Assembly: GCA_973895155.1 (NCBI GenBank)
Contig: OZ316896.1
Location: forward strand, 15,810,576 to 15,874,575
Source: Marsupella aquatica
Lineage: Eukaryota; Plantae; Marchantiophyta
Direction of reading: 5' to 3'
DNA length: 64,000 nt
Shown here: positions 38,190 to 53,420 of the stretch, one piece after another
Layout of the letters: every line of letters begins with the position of its first letter
How positions within the stretch are numbered: the first letter of the stretch is position 1
Translations under genes and position numbers: made by a program
Notes under the pieces: generated by a model
Told to the model about the DNA's origin: nothing
The model's input: the letters and a program-made list of their open reading frames with translations, nothing else
Database searches by the model: none

Positions 38190-38440
38190 AAGCCTGCCCA
38201 AATGGACAAAACCATGCCATAGTCTGAAACATAAAAGTAAGATTGTATGTGTACACGATGCATGTTGTGTGCATAGTTCACACTTAGGAAAAATATTAGA
38301 CCATGTCAACTTTACAAAGACGCTTGGCTCCAAAGCCTGCCCAAATGGAAAAAACCACATAATATTCAACATAGGAGTAAGATTGTGATGTATACACAAT
38401 GCATGTTGTATGCCCAGTTCACAATTAGAGAAAAAATCAA
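38190..38440. repeat. Diverged ~143-bp tandem duplication
   Basis: AAGCCTGCCCAAATGGA...AGTAAGATTGT...ATGCATGTTGT...AGTTCACA at 38190 and 38333. Confidence 0.8.
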
Positions 38441-39249
38441 GGTATACACATATTAATTTTGATTTTATCCTCCATTTTACCCTAAACCCTAAGTCCTATA
38501 AAATATATAACACATTTTGTATACATTAATGTCCATGTTTACAAAATCTAATTGCTGCATTCTGTATTGTGTTGTGTATACATTACTGTCAATGTATACC
38601 AGATCTAATTGACATGCTATGTAGCATGGCAAATGGTTCACTTGACACTGCAGTCTATGTATGCATTGTATATAATGGCAACACATTGGCTCATTCGGCA
38701 CTGTAATCCTAGTCAATGGCATTTGATGACACTCTCGAACACCAAAGAATAGTAGACCATGCTGTATTTTATAGTGACATTCACGAGTTTTAAGGACTTC
38801 ACATTGCTTTAGAAGAACATCTGACATGAAATGATACCTCTGGTGGCCCCGGGTCCACGGGCAAAAATATACATCCTTGGGTTCGTTAAGTAAGAAAATT
38901 GCATGTGGAGGTCCATTAAGCACGTATCTCCACTCCTCCCCCAATATGAGAAAACAAATGGTTGGTCCGGTCTTGTGTTGAACCCACTTGTATGATTTAC
39001 TTCCCTCAACTCTGATTCCTGGAAAGCCGAGCTCAAGATTTGTCCCTATCGTACATGAAATGTGCTGACTGTGCATACTGTACCGGACATGTTTCCCATA
39101 CTCTCATCGATAAGTTATCAAGTGAAAGACAACACTTGCTGACCCTGAGAAAAATAAAGAGATATAGACATAGGAATGAAGGGGCTGGATGACCACCAAT
39201 ATATTCCTTGAAAATGACAAAAATTTGAACACCGCAATGATGGAAAGAA

Positions 39250-39413
39250 GGATCTGGTAAAAGGGGAAAAGGAGTAACATGGCCGCCAAGGATATACAGT
39301 AGTTTGTTGACAAGGCATGGTCAAATTTGTAGGGGATCTGGTAAAAGGGGAAAAGGAGTAACATGGCCGCCAAGCATATACAGTAGTTTGTTGACAAGGC
39401 ATGGTCAAATTTG
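39250..39413. repeat. Near-perfect 84-bp tandem duplication
   Basis: GGATCTGGTAAAAGGGGAAAAGGAGTAACATGGCCGCCAAG... starts at 39250 and 39334. Confidence 0.92.
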
Positions 39414-40448
39414 GAGTAGTCCGTTCCAAGGTAAATTTTAAGGTTTTTTCTTTTAGCCATAGAGGCAAATGTATATTCTGTGAAGGAGAAGATGCTACAA
39501 AGATTCTTGCAAATTTGCCTAAATTAAAGCATAGCCTATAGATCTCACAAGACTTAAAATATTACTATCTAATTCTGGCTGGTATGAACACGTTCTTTTG
39601 GCTTAGGCTGAATGACAGTGACACCATTACAGGGGTAAGGGCAAGGTTCCATGGTGGGAGGTTGAGGAGTAGGATTGTACTCCAACGATCTTGTAACTGA
39701 TGATATTGCAACTTTAACTACTAAGTTACAGTGGGTGGGGGACATATACGAGTATGGATAACCAGCACATTCTGGTTAGTGGGGCCTGCGCCTATTAAAG
39801 AAGGAAAACGTGACAAAGTTTAGCTTAAAGGACTTTTCAGTTAGGAAGAATTTGGCAATGTTTTGCCATTGATTACAAAAAATACCGGTCTCTTTTCCTC
39901 AAACAAATAAAACTTTTAAATAGGGAGTTTCAGGGATGGGTTCCAATTTATTGTGCCCGTGTTGAACTTCTTCTTATTAAATTTGTTTTTTTTTTTAATA
40001 AGGAGAAATCTCCTTTGAGAAGGCTGCACAAATTACTTCCGTCTTAAAGTTTCTTGTCTCGAAACGATTTTTTTTTTTTTATATTACATTTTTTAATTAC
40101 ATTAATTTTTTTAGTCTTTGGCAACAGACAAGATAAAAGCATCAGGCTGGACTAAGTTGAATGTGCTGCATGCAGGGAGGCAAAGTTCAAAGAAACTATT
40201 TATAAAGTCAAAGAAACCACCCCTGAAGCAAACATGCCCAAGGGAAAACCACGTCCTTCACGGGCACAAAGGTCAAGACCGAATGTAAGGAATACAGCGA
40301 AGAAAGGAGACTGAGGACCAGAATGTTATAAATGCCCTAAATGTACCCAGGAAAAAAGTCAATCAATCCCCTCCTTCTTAAAGGGGAACGTCAACCTGCC
40401 CAACTGGATTGAGGAGAAACACTCAACATCATATTTTTTTGTAACTTT

Positions 40449-40783
40449 TTATATACTACTGATCATCATGTACAGGTAAGCCATTGAGGACCATAACAGT
40501 AACAACATTTGAACAGGAGGGAGACACCTGTCTATTATGCAAAAACAATTGAGATACAAATGAACTGTGTCAATCTGCCCTACTTGGTTCCAATCCTGGG
40601 ATTGCAAGGCATTGTTTATATACTACTGATCATCATGTACAGGTAAGCCATTGAGGGTCATAACAATAACAACATTTGAACAGGAGAGAGACACCCGTCC
40701 ATTATGCAAAAACAATTGAGATACAAATGAACTGTGTCAATCTGCCCTACTTGGTTCCAATCCTGGGATTGCAAGGCATTGTT
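40449..40783. repeat. Near-perfect 167-bp tandem duplication
   Basis: ATATACTACTGATCATCATGTACAGG...GCAAGGCATTGTT starts at 40451 and 40618. Confidence 0.92.
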
Positions 40784-40825
40784 GCAGGAGGGTGCAAAAT
40801 ACTGTTAGTTGAAAGGCCTTTCAAC

Positions 40826-40995
40826 TTAAACTGCCACTAGCCATAAAAGGGGGAAGAGTCCAAGGTTTCCCTCTTTTTCCCATTTCATTCATTTTCTCCT
40901 CTACGATGCAATTTTGCTCCACAAATTCAGGAAAACAATACTATAAATGGTGAAACCTGGTGGATCCAGGTTTGTCATGGGTAGTGGCGGTTTAA
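40826..40995. mobile_element. Small MITE with TTAA at both ends
   Basis: Left TTAAACTGCCACTAGCCAT versus reverse complement of the right end TTAAACCGCCACTACCCAT (17/19). Confidence 0.65.
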
Positions 40996-42136
40996 AAACC
41001 CATTATGACTTCTTTTGCATTTTCCCCCTTGCCACCCGCTACTTGCTTTCCTATGTTAGGAGAAGTAACTAGTGCAGCAGCTGTATAACTTTGAGCAAGG
41101 GAGAGGAGGTCACCCTCTGTAGTTTTTACAATTATTCTCAGAATTTGATACAATTTGCAAATGGAGGGTGAGTGAAGTTTAGAGGGAGGGGTAAATGGAA
41201 AACAACTCTTAAAGGAGTTCTATGGGCAGGTGCTATTAGGAGCCTCAAACTTGCTAGAGTGGGCCTTTTTCCAGCAGCCAAAACTTTGTGGTCAGGGTTA
41301 GAGCTGAGGATGCGTGGGGCTCCATATTTGGCTCCTGCTGTTTGTGGGTGATCAATTGATCATTCTGGTGACCATAGTGAGAGCTTACCGAAGGAGTTTA
41401 ACCTTATTTGCTTATTAGAGTGCAGGGTAATCCTTACTCCCTACCCCCTTGAATTATATACCCCCACCCCCCACATGACGATAATTAATGATGCCCTCTC
41501 ATTGGGTCCAAGAGTGTTGGAACACGGTCTATTCCTCACCCTTCCAGCCATGCAACCTTGCTCTTTTACCCCTGTAGTTGGTGTCACTATTTCATTTAGT
41601 CACACCTGCCAAAAGGGCAAAAACTTTGATTATTACCCTGGTTCATACCCCCTGCCCCCACCTTCATGGAACCTTGGTCTTAATTAGCCGCCCTCTCCCA
41701 TCCGTCGTCCTGATGAGCGCAAAGCTCACGCCCTCGAATTGAATGTTCGTATTACAGTCAACGAGGTCTGGTCCAGATACTCTAGGCGTCTCCCGAGAGG
41801 AATTCCGTCGATCGATGTTCGAGTTCAGTCCGGAGGAAAAGGTGGAAGAGGATTGTCGGACAAGGCGAAGGCTGAGCGTAAACAACCCACATTAATTTCC
41901 AATCCTTGTGGCCGCCTAAACCTTGACTGGTTGAGGGTGGAGGAGAAACCTTGACTGGTACTGCAGAGGAGGGCGAAGCAGGAAGTTGGGGAATTTGGCA
42001 GAAAGAAATTCTGATTTTGGGACCCCTGATTTTTGAGTTTCGGCGGGGAATTGCATCCGTAACAAGGACTACGGAGGTTAACATCCTTGCTCTCTCTCTT
42101 TCGTTGTTCTAGCCTTGTGAAGGTTAAATGCGATCC

Positions 42137-42173
42137 GCTGTGCTGTGCTGTGCTGTGTTGTGCTGTGCTGTGC
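42137..42173. repeat. (GCTGT)n microsatellite in the probable NEMF 5'-UTR intron
   Basis: About 7 pentamer units, seen directly. Confidence 0.9.
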
Positions 42174-43001
42174 CGTGAGGAGTTTGTTTTGAGATCATCA
42201 CATCGACCATTGCTCAGCCTGTCCTCCATTACTATTTGCTATGTGTCTCAAGCTAGGGCGCACTGCCAATTTCTCTCTAAAGGCATCCATTACATGAAAA
42301 GTGGTTTATTGCTTCAAGCTTTACTGGACCGAATTGTTTCTTAGTTTGTTTGATCAATCAGCAGATATAGATGTCAAGCGGCAGAGAGTTGGGCATCGAG
42401 GAGGTTTCGGTGAACAGGAGGAAGGAGGAGCTCTATGGCGAAGGTACGATTCTCAACACCTAAATGGCTTCGAATCCAACGTTGAAATTTATTTGACCCT
42501 CGGGAGGAGAGCTCACAGATGATGGCTGAGTGTAAATGTTGGGGGTATGTGTATTCCATGCATCGACTGTTGCACTGTCCTGGAAATGAGTTTGAACTGG
42601 ATGGTGCTATGCAGCCTTCAGCTTCTCATTTCCCTATGGTCTCCGTCGCTCGGTATCTCTATCTGTTCTGCTCCGTCTTGTTTCGTTTTGCACTACTGAG
42701 AGAAAGAAAAGTGGGATGAGAAATGTCATTGTGTGGATTGCAATTGTAACGTGAATGGATATTTAGAAAGTAGGATGAAAATGTTCTGAAGCCCTAACTG
42801 GCAAACTGCTGCCAGATTTTTAGAAGCCATTTCGAGCTTGTAAGTTGGCGGGAGATTGGAAGGAGTGAAGCAAAGCGCTACAGTTGCAACTGGAGGAATA
42901 GGTGGAGGGAGGGGTTTAAGGTCTAGAAGTGAATTGGAAGTGAGTGAACTGCGGTAAACTCTAGACTAGGAAAGCACGACCGTAAACAAAGGGAGGCAAA
43001 A

Positions 43002-46000
43002 ATGGTGAAGCTTCGGATGACAACAGTGGATGTGGCAGCAGAAGTGCGGTGCCTGCGAAAGCTCATTGGGTTTCGGTGTGCTAACATCTACGACCTCTCA
43101 CCCAAGACTTATGTAATAAAGTTCGCCAAAAGCAGTGGTGTTGCAGAATCCGGTGAGAGTGAGAAAGCCCTAGTCCTGCTTGAGAGTGGAGTTCGATTGC
43201 ACACAACTGAATTTGCCCGGGACAAAAGCTCGACTCCTTCTGGGTTCACTTTGAAGCTTAGGAAATACTTGCGGACTCAACGGCTGGAAGATGTTCGACA
43301 GCTTGGGATTGATCGTGTTGTGGACTTCCAGTTTGGACTTGGAGAGACGGCACACCACGTCATGCTTGAGCTGTACGCTCAAGGGAATTTGGTCGTGACA
43401 GATGCCAACTATAATATACTCCAAATTCTCCGGACTTGGAAGGATGAGGAGAAAGGTCTTTCAATGATGGTCCATCAACGATACCCCGTTGACTCTTGTC
43501 GTCTGCTTCAGAGAACGAATGCGGAGAAGCTGGATGCCTTATTCAGAGCACAAAGTGCTCCCCAGTTAGAAGGGTCGGAGAAACCTGGAACTGGCAGTGT
43601 AGACCAGGATGGTAAAAAGGTGAAGGCTAAGTGGGGAAAGGACGCTGAAGGCAAAGGATCCAAAGGTTCAGCTCAAGAGACAGCGGAGAGTGGAAATAAG
43701 GTGGTGGGAGGGAGAGCAACACTTAAGGGTATCCTTGGAGAAGGCTTGGGTTATGGACCAATTCTGATTGAGCATATTATCCTGGATGCCGCTCTGCAAC
43801 CCAATATGCAGATTGCTGGTGATGGCACGTCTCCAAGGATTGCTGCTGATGACTTAAAAGCTTTAGTAGCAGCAGTGACGAGGTTTGAAGATTGGTTAGA
43901 ATCCGTTGTAGGGGGAGAGTTGATGCCCGAGGGTTATATCTTCATGCAGAAATTAACTATTGGAAAGAAGCAATCATTGCTCAGTGACATGAAACCAAAC
44001 TCGGAGAAGGTACAGGTTTATGATGAGTTTTACCCTCTTGTTCTAAAGCAGCTAGAGGAACGAGACCATAGGAAATTTGAAACTTTTGATGCTGCTATGG
44101 ACGAATTTTTCAGCAAGGTTGAAGGACAACGTGCCCAGCAGCAACGAAAAGCACAGGAAGATGCAGCTCTCAGTAAACTTGAAAAAATCCGAGCCGATCA
44201 AACTAATCGTGTGAAGGCACTGGAGAAAGAAGTGGACCAATCGGTTCGCATGGCAGAGTTGATAGAGTACAATCTTGACGACGTGGATGCGGCGATTTTG
44301 GCTGTTCGCACTGCTCTCGCCGGTGGTATGGACTGGAAGGATCTTGAGCGAATGATTAAGGAGGAGAAGAAAGCTGGGAATCCTGTTGCTGGTCTGATTC
44401 ACAGCTTGCGCCTGGAGACCAATCAAATTACACTTTTGCTAAGCAACAACCTCGATGATATGGACGACGAGGAAAAAACCAGACCTGTAGACAAGGTTGT
44501 AGTTGATTTGTCGTTATCTGCACATGCCAATGCTAGGTACTGGTTTGAGACTAAGAAGAGACATGCCACAAAGCAGGAGAAGACTTTGGCTGCTCACGAG
44601 AAGGCATTCAAAGCTGCGGAGAAGAAGACGCAGCACGGTCTTGCACAGGCAAAGACCGTGGCAGCAATTACACATATACGTAAGGTGCACTGGTTTGAGA
44701 AGTTTAACTGGTTCATAAGCAGTGAGAATTTCCTTGTGATAAGTGGTCGTGATGCCCAGCAAAATGAACTTCTTGTGAAACGTTACATGAAGAAAGGGGA
44801 TTTGTATGTCCATGCTGATCTTCATGGAGCTTCCAGCACTATTATCAAGAATCGCGATCAAAATCATCCAATACCTCCTCTTACAATCAATCAGGCTGGT
44901 TGTTTCACAATGTGCCGTAGTCAGGCATGGGACTCGAAGATTGTGACCAGTGCGTGGTGGGTGGAGGCACATCAGGTGACTAAGACAGCTCCAACTGGTG
45001 AATATCTGACTGTGGGCAGCTTCATGGTCAGGGGGAAAAAGAATTTCCTGCCTCCGAATCCTCTTGTCATGGGTTACGGGTTTTTGTTCCGCCTGGATGA
45101 CAGTTCCATTGCTGTCCACCTTAATGAACGTCAAGTTCGAGGTGACGATGATGATGAGGGTTATGAAGATTCAGTTATTGATGGTGACAGTCTGCAAAGG
45201 GAAATGTCAGTTGATTCTCAGGAAGAGGAAGGTGACAGTGACTCTACAAGTCAGAATCCAGAAACAAATGACATTCTCAGTGAGGCCATCACAACTTCAC
45301 AGGAAAACACTGAGGAGGGTCCCGAGTCTCCTCAGAATACGTCAGCAATACAGGATGATGATACCATTGTTGAAACTGCTGATATTTCTGAGCTCGACGG
45401 TTTACTCGACAAAGCTCTTGAAGTCCGTTCGGCTCCCAGAGCAGTTAAGGGGAGTAGCAAGTATGCTGTTGAAGACCTTTCAACTAATGATGGTGATTCA
45501 CATGATCGTATTTTTGATCTTCTAAATGTCGCAAAGGGAGTCCAAAGAGAGAAACCATATGTTTCAAAGGCGGAAAGAAGGAAATTGAAAAAGGGAGGGA
45601 AACAAAAACCGACAGATGATGTAGAAGAGGAAGTGATAGGCAGCAATGAGATGCAAGAGATGCAAGAGACGCAACAAATCAGTAATGAACCTGACGAAGC
45701 AAATGCAACAGCCGAGGAAGAAAAGGGTGCGGAGCTTGGAGGTAATAAGCCTGGTCGTGGCCGAAAAGGAAAACTCAAAAAGATTAAGGAAAAGTATGCT
45801 GAACAAGATGAGGAGGAGCGTCAACTGCGGATGGAGCTTCTTGCCTCGGCCGGGCGGAAAGAGTCCAAAAAGGCTGTTGCGAATGATAAAGATACCAAGG
45901 GTACCAATAAAGCACCGATCAAAAAGGATGCAAAGGTAGAATTGGAGGTGGGGGGGAAAGTGTGCTACAAGTGTAAAAGAGCTGGCCATATTGCAAGGGA

Positions 46001-46604
46001 TTGCCCATTTACTACAGATGAGGATACGACTAAGGATGAAACATCAACAGATGCAGCAGAGAGTGGAACGTTGATCACTGATCAAATCCAAGAGCTCAAA
46101 GTTGATGTTGCACCTGTGGTTCAGGGAAGCCAACAGCAGCAGGTCCCAAACAAGACAGGAAAGACAGACGGTCTTAGTAGGAGGGCAAATGCAAAAGCAG
46201 CAAAGAATGAGATCGCAGCTATCATGGCAGAAGAGAATGTAGTGGAATTAGATGACGATGAGAAGGAGAAACTTACCGAGCTTGATTCGCTTACTGGGAA
46301 ACCTCTTCCTAGTGATGTGCTTCTTTATGCTGTACCCGTGTGTGGGCCATACACTGCACTTCAAGGATTCAAGTACCGTGTGAAGCTTACTCCTGGAACT
46401 GCAAAGCGGGGCAAAGCTGCAAAGACGGCAGTTGAAGTCCTCACTCGTATACCAGGAGTGACTGCACGTGAAAAGGAACTCATGAAAGCAGTGATTGATC
46501 CAGAGCTAGTGGCTTGCATGATGGGGAATGCAAAGGTGACAGCTCCTGGTCTCTCAAAATTGAAGCAAACCAAGAAAAAGGCTAAAAAAGTACCTGCCTT
46601 GTGA
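43002..46604 (+). CDS. NEMF: Ribosome quality-control factor NEMF/Rqc2, 1200 aa, single coding exon
   Basis: NFACT-N (MVKLRMTTVDVAAE, STPSGFTLKLRK, LGIDRVVDFQFG, ELYAQGN), coiled coil, NFACT-R (HWFEKFNWFISSENFLVISGRDAQQNE, YVHADLHGASS), CCHC knuckle CYKCKRAGHIARDC, and NFACT-C (LYAVPVCGPYTALQGFKYRVKLTPG). Confidence 0.97.
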   Translation: MVKLRMTTVDVAAEVRCLRKLIGFRCANIYDLSPKTYVIKFAKSSGVAESGESEKALVLLESGVRLHTTEFARDKSSTPSGFTLKLRKYLRTQRLEDVRQLGIDRVVDFQFGLGETAHHVMLELYAQGNLVVTDANYNILQILRTWKDEEKGLSMMVHQRYPVDSCRLLQRTNAEKLDALFRAQSAPQLEGSEKPGTGSVDQDGKKVKAKWGKDAEGKGSKGSAQETAESGNKVVGGRATLKGILGEGLGYGPILIEHIILDAALQPNMQIAGDGTSPRIAADDLKALVAAVTRFEDWLESVVGGELMPEGYIFMQKLTIGKKQSLLSDMKPNSEKVQVYDEFYPLVLKQLEERDHRKFETFDAAMDEFFSKVEGQRAQQQRKAQEDAALSKLEKIRADQTNRVKALEKEVDQSVRMAELIEYNLDDVDAAILAVRTALAGGMDWKDLERMIKEEKKAGNPVAGLIHSLRLETNQITLLLSNNLDDMDDEEKTRPVDKVVVDLSLSAHANARYWFETKKRHATKQEKTLAAHEKAFKAAEKKTQHGLAQAKTVAAITHIRKVHWFEKFNWFISSENFLVISGRDAQQNELLVKRYMKKGDLYVHADLHGASSTIIKNRDQNHPIPPLTINQAGCFTMCRSQAWDSKIVTSAWWVEAHQVTKTAPTGEYLTVGSFMVRGKKNFLPPNPLVMGYGFLFRLDDSSIAVHLNERQVRGDDDDEGYEDSVIDGDSLQREMSVDSQEEEGDSDSTSQNPETNDILSEAITTSQENTEEGPESPQNTSAIQDDDTIVETADISELDGLLDKALEVRSAPRAVKGSSKYAVEDLSTNDGDSHDRIFDLLNVAKGVQREKPYVSKAERRKLKKGGKQKPTDDVEEEVIGSNEMQEMQETQQISNEPDEANATAEEEKGAELGGNKPGRGRKGKLKKIKEKYAEQDEEERQLRMELLASAGRKESKKAVANDKDTKGTNKAPIKKDAKVELEVGGKVCYKCKRAGHIARDCPFTTDEDTTKDETSTDAAESGTLITDQIQELKVDVAPVVQGSQQQQVPNKTGKTDGLSRRANAKAAKNEIAAIMAEENVVELDDDEKEKLTELDSLTGKPLPSDVLLYAVPVCGPYTALQGFKYRVKLTPGTAKRGKAAKTAVEVLTRIPGVTAREKELMKAVIDPELVACMMGNAKVTAPGLSKLKQTKKKAKKVPAL

Positions 46605-47409
46605 ACCAGTGCATTTAATTTCTCAAACAACGATATCCTCATCTCCTGCGAAAGGTTTGGCCGCATGCGGAAGGTTTGGCCGCATGCAGATATTGTGGGA
46701 CGTGGAACTAGTTAGGTCGAGAAACTGTGACCGCCTTCATCTTTAGTTACTCGGAAGTATTGGATTGAATAGGTTGGGTCCGTAGGATTACATTCGACCT
46801 AAAGATTGGGGGTCCATTCTTATTGTTTGTAGCAATGAAATGCAGCATTCATGATCACCATCTTCACAGTACCCAGATCAGTAGAGGCTTCCCTCTTGTC
46901 ATAATGATAGCTGAAATAGACTCCACAGTACCACAGCTCTTTTATCTCGGTGTCGATAAGTGAGGTCAGCAGTTTCCAAAAGGAGAATGAGGAACATATG
47001 CTTTGAACCAGATTTTATTTTGGCATATATGCAAGACTAACAGCAAAGCTAAGGTCAATCTGTACCCTTGGAACTACTACTATCGGAGCTTTTGAAGGCT
47101 TGCATTTGATGGAAAGTGGAGGCTAGCAAAGCTCGTTTATTATCTTCTTTGAACGGAGCAAAGCGATGCAACAGAAAAGGATCAACCAATGACTACACAA
47201 ATGCCTCTAAAGCTGAGGCGGAGAACGGTTGTTTGTTCGGGAGATTCTCTTTAAAAAGAGGTCACGACGTACATCACCTGTCACGCAATTTCACACACAA
47301 CACTCTCTTTAAGTAAACACCTTGAGTCAAACGGAAACCACCCTGAAGTCTCTACTCGGTACAAGAGTTCCGAACAAGAGAAGGGTGTTCCCATAAACGG
47401 AGCGTTCAG

Positions 47410-47860
47410 GTGTTTAGGCTAATTTAGGTTAATCGTCCAATTGAGTTGATGGTGGACAGGCCCAGTGTTTAGGCTGTGATTGAGATGGTAAGATACATGG
47501 TGAGATACTACTCTCCAATTAAGATGATGGTTGGTGGGCTGGCAGAGTTAAGGCTGTGATGCAGATGGGAGATACATGATGAGATACTACTCTCCAATTG
47601 AGATGATGGTGGGCATTGTTAAACAGTCTGCGCGCAGCTATGTCCACTTGTGTCACAAAACTCATGGTGACAGTGACAACCATTTGCACTTCAGATGTCC
47701 ACGAAAACTCATGGTGATTTAACCGTTTCCACTTCAGAAGGAGTGCTACAAAACTCAAGGTGACAACTTCAGATGTCCATGAGAACTCATGATGATTTAA
47801 CCATTTGCACTTCAGAAAGAGTGTTACAAAACTCATGGTGACAACCATTTGCACTTCAGG
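47410..47860. repeat. Two adjacent nested tandem-repeat blocks between the convergent NEMF and PRMT10 3' ends
   Basis: GAGATACTACTCTCCAATT.AGATGATGGT twice (47502, 47581). AAAACTCATGGTGA and CACTTCAG modules recur about 5 times over 47655-47858. Confidence 0.85.
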
Positions 47861-48813
47861 AGGGAATCAAGTAGTTACACCAACTGTTTCATGTCCAAGT
47901 AGTTCACGACAGGCTCAAAAAACAAAAACAATCTCACCTGGCCAATTAACAGGCACACCTCCTATTCGATCAATTACAGAGAACTTACACATTTCCAAGA
48001 GGCCAACTTTCACGGGGTGGCCAGGAACAAAGGCTACATTCCCCGGACAGCGTTCGTGACTGTAAAGAGCAAAGCATTTCCGAAGAGGCGAGGCCCATCG
48101 CCAGTAACAAAAACTCCAGTCCCCCGAAAACCTTACGTGACTGTAAAGAACAAATCATTCCAAGATGAGGATGTCTGATGTGTCATTATAGCCGAACTGC
48201 CAGTCACTGATCCTTTTGACAGTATTCCTCATATGCAACATCACAAGACACAGAAAAGGTAGGATCCGACTCTTGTAAATGCAAGCATCAGGGACACATC
48301 TTTGTTTGCCCCCAGCACCTACATATTCTCAGGAAGAGATAAGGGACCATGTCTTTGTCTGTATTTAGGCCTTGACCAATGCTCGTTAGGAGTGTTCTGA
48401 TACTTTTAAGTATCAATTAACAACACAACAATCTTGCACAGCAATCTAACGCCAAAACAATTGGGGGCCAGAGAGCAGATTGAATTCCAATCATATCCTA
48501 GTCATAGTGCTACAATTGCTGCATACAACGACCCAAAGAGGGTTTGCCATCTGCAGAAAGGTCATATCTAGAATAGAAACATGTTCATGAGTAGAAAGAA
48601 CGAAGCCAAATGCTCAAACCATCACCCCTCAACACCTGGAGGTGCTTGCATTAATTGAACTTGGATGAACAATTGTGCCCAAAATCGAGACGAATGAGGC
48701 TGCCAAAACAAGCCTCATCCAGTGACACTCGTATTCTTCAATTACCAGAACGATTCGACACCGTACCCATGTCTGGATGTACCAATGGACACAAGAATCG
48801 GTACCATCCTGCG

Positions 48814-52120
<3,307 letters not shown>

Positions 52121-52717
52121 CGCGTCAATCAGAGCCAAAACCGAGCGGACCCGACACGATCCGACTGCGCTTGGCGGCTGAAAGGTGCACTAAAGCTGAG
52201 CCCAAAGCATACCACACTGACGACCAAATGAAAGAAACCAATTCTTCCAAACCAAAGTACACAGCTTCTCCAGTCTAATCGTTCGTCTAAAGACTGCAAA
52301 TATCCAACCCCACCAAGGCAACGAATCTCTACTCCTCCCGAACCAAAATCCTCCGCCAAAGCTCACAGAACGCCGACGAGCAGTCTCAGCGTCTGGAGGG
52401 TGAGTGTGAGAGCAATCCGAGCACTGGAGTGCAGCAACGAAGAAACCCTAACGAACCCTCCCCTCCCTTCCTTCGCCTGCCTGTACAGTAGTCTTCTTTG
52501 CTCACTACTCCAGTCAGCAGTCACAGAAACACAAGGTGAGAGGGCGATGCCGCAAAGCAGACGCGGAGAGAGTCGAGTGAGTCGAGTCGTGGAGGAAGCG
52601 CCGAAAAGCATATCAGTAGTACAGTGGTACTAAACAAGGGTACAGCACACAATATCGAACAAGACCGTTGCTGGCGGCTGGTAAAAGAGTTAATTATTAT
52701 TAGGGGTGGCTCTGTTT

Positions 52718-52798
52718 AGAGGCGAAAACGAGCTAGATTACACCTCTCAAAACGTCTTGGCCACTGAGGCGAAAATGGGCTAGATTACACCTCAAAAC
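52718..52798. repeat. ~33-bp direct repeat upstream of PRMT10
   Basis: GAGGCGAAAA(CGA/TGG)GCTAGATTACACCTC occurs twice. Confidence 0.8.
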
Positions 52799-53039
52799 TA
52801 CGTAGGTTTTTTGGTTTCCAGAAGCCAGTTTCCCACCTACTGCCAGCTAGTACCAGACTTTACTAGTTAGAATCTGATGGTTGGTTTGAAATCTAGGGGA
52901 GATGTGAGGGTCAGAAATTAATCTAGGAAATTTAGATATATTCTCAATATTAGTTGCACCTTCTCCTTCAGACAAGTTGACACACTGGCTAAAACGTTTG
53001 GGAGGCACCAAGTGCAGGACTCTGTGTTAGTGGGAGTGC

Positions 53040-53420
53040 CTGTCACAAAGGTCACTAGTCCAACGTCACAATTGTGACTCATGTGAGTCACACCCTAAAC
53101 CCTAAACCCTAAACCTGCCTCACAGCCACACTCATAACTGGTAAAGTAATACCCATGTGACTCATACAAGTCAAATCTAGTCACAAACGTCTTTACATAG
53201 TCATATTCTGAGACAAATACAAATTCTAGGGCTGGACTTAGTTATAACTATGACTATTGCAAGTCATCTTTCAATTTCAAAATGACTCATTAGACCATAC
53301 TCGTCAGCATGACTATGGCAAGACATCTTATAAGCATAACGTAATCATAATCCATCTCATGCAATGGGTTTGATAGCAGTTGTAACTTAGTCACATTTAT
53401 ACCTACCATAGTCACATCAG
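53040..53420. repeat. Degenerate GTCAC/GTGAC-motif repeat with an inverted repeat and a (CCCTAAA)3 tract
   Basis: GTGACTCA-TG-TGAGTCAC at about 53074-53091, followed directly by telomeric repeats at 53093-53113. Many AGTCA/TGACT motifs follow. Confidence 0.6.

Noticed and set aside
39104-39468. ORFs with 28-aa repeats
   Set aside because: Explained by the 84-bp duplication, which preserves every frame; no evidence of coding.
41705-41745. Hammerhead ribozyme core (CTGATGAG...)
   Set aside because: No GAAA after a stem II and no stems I/III.
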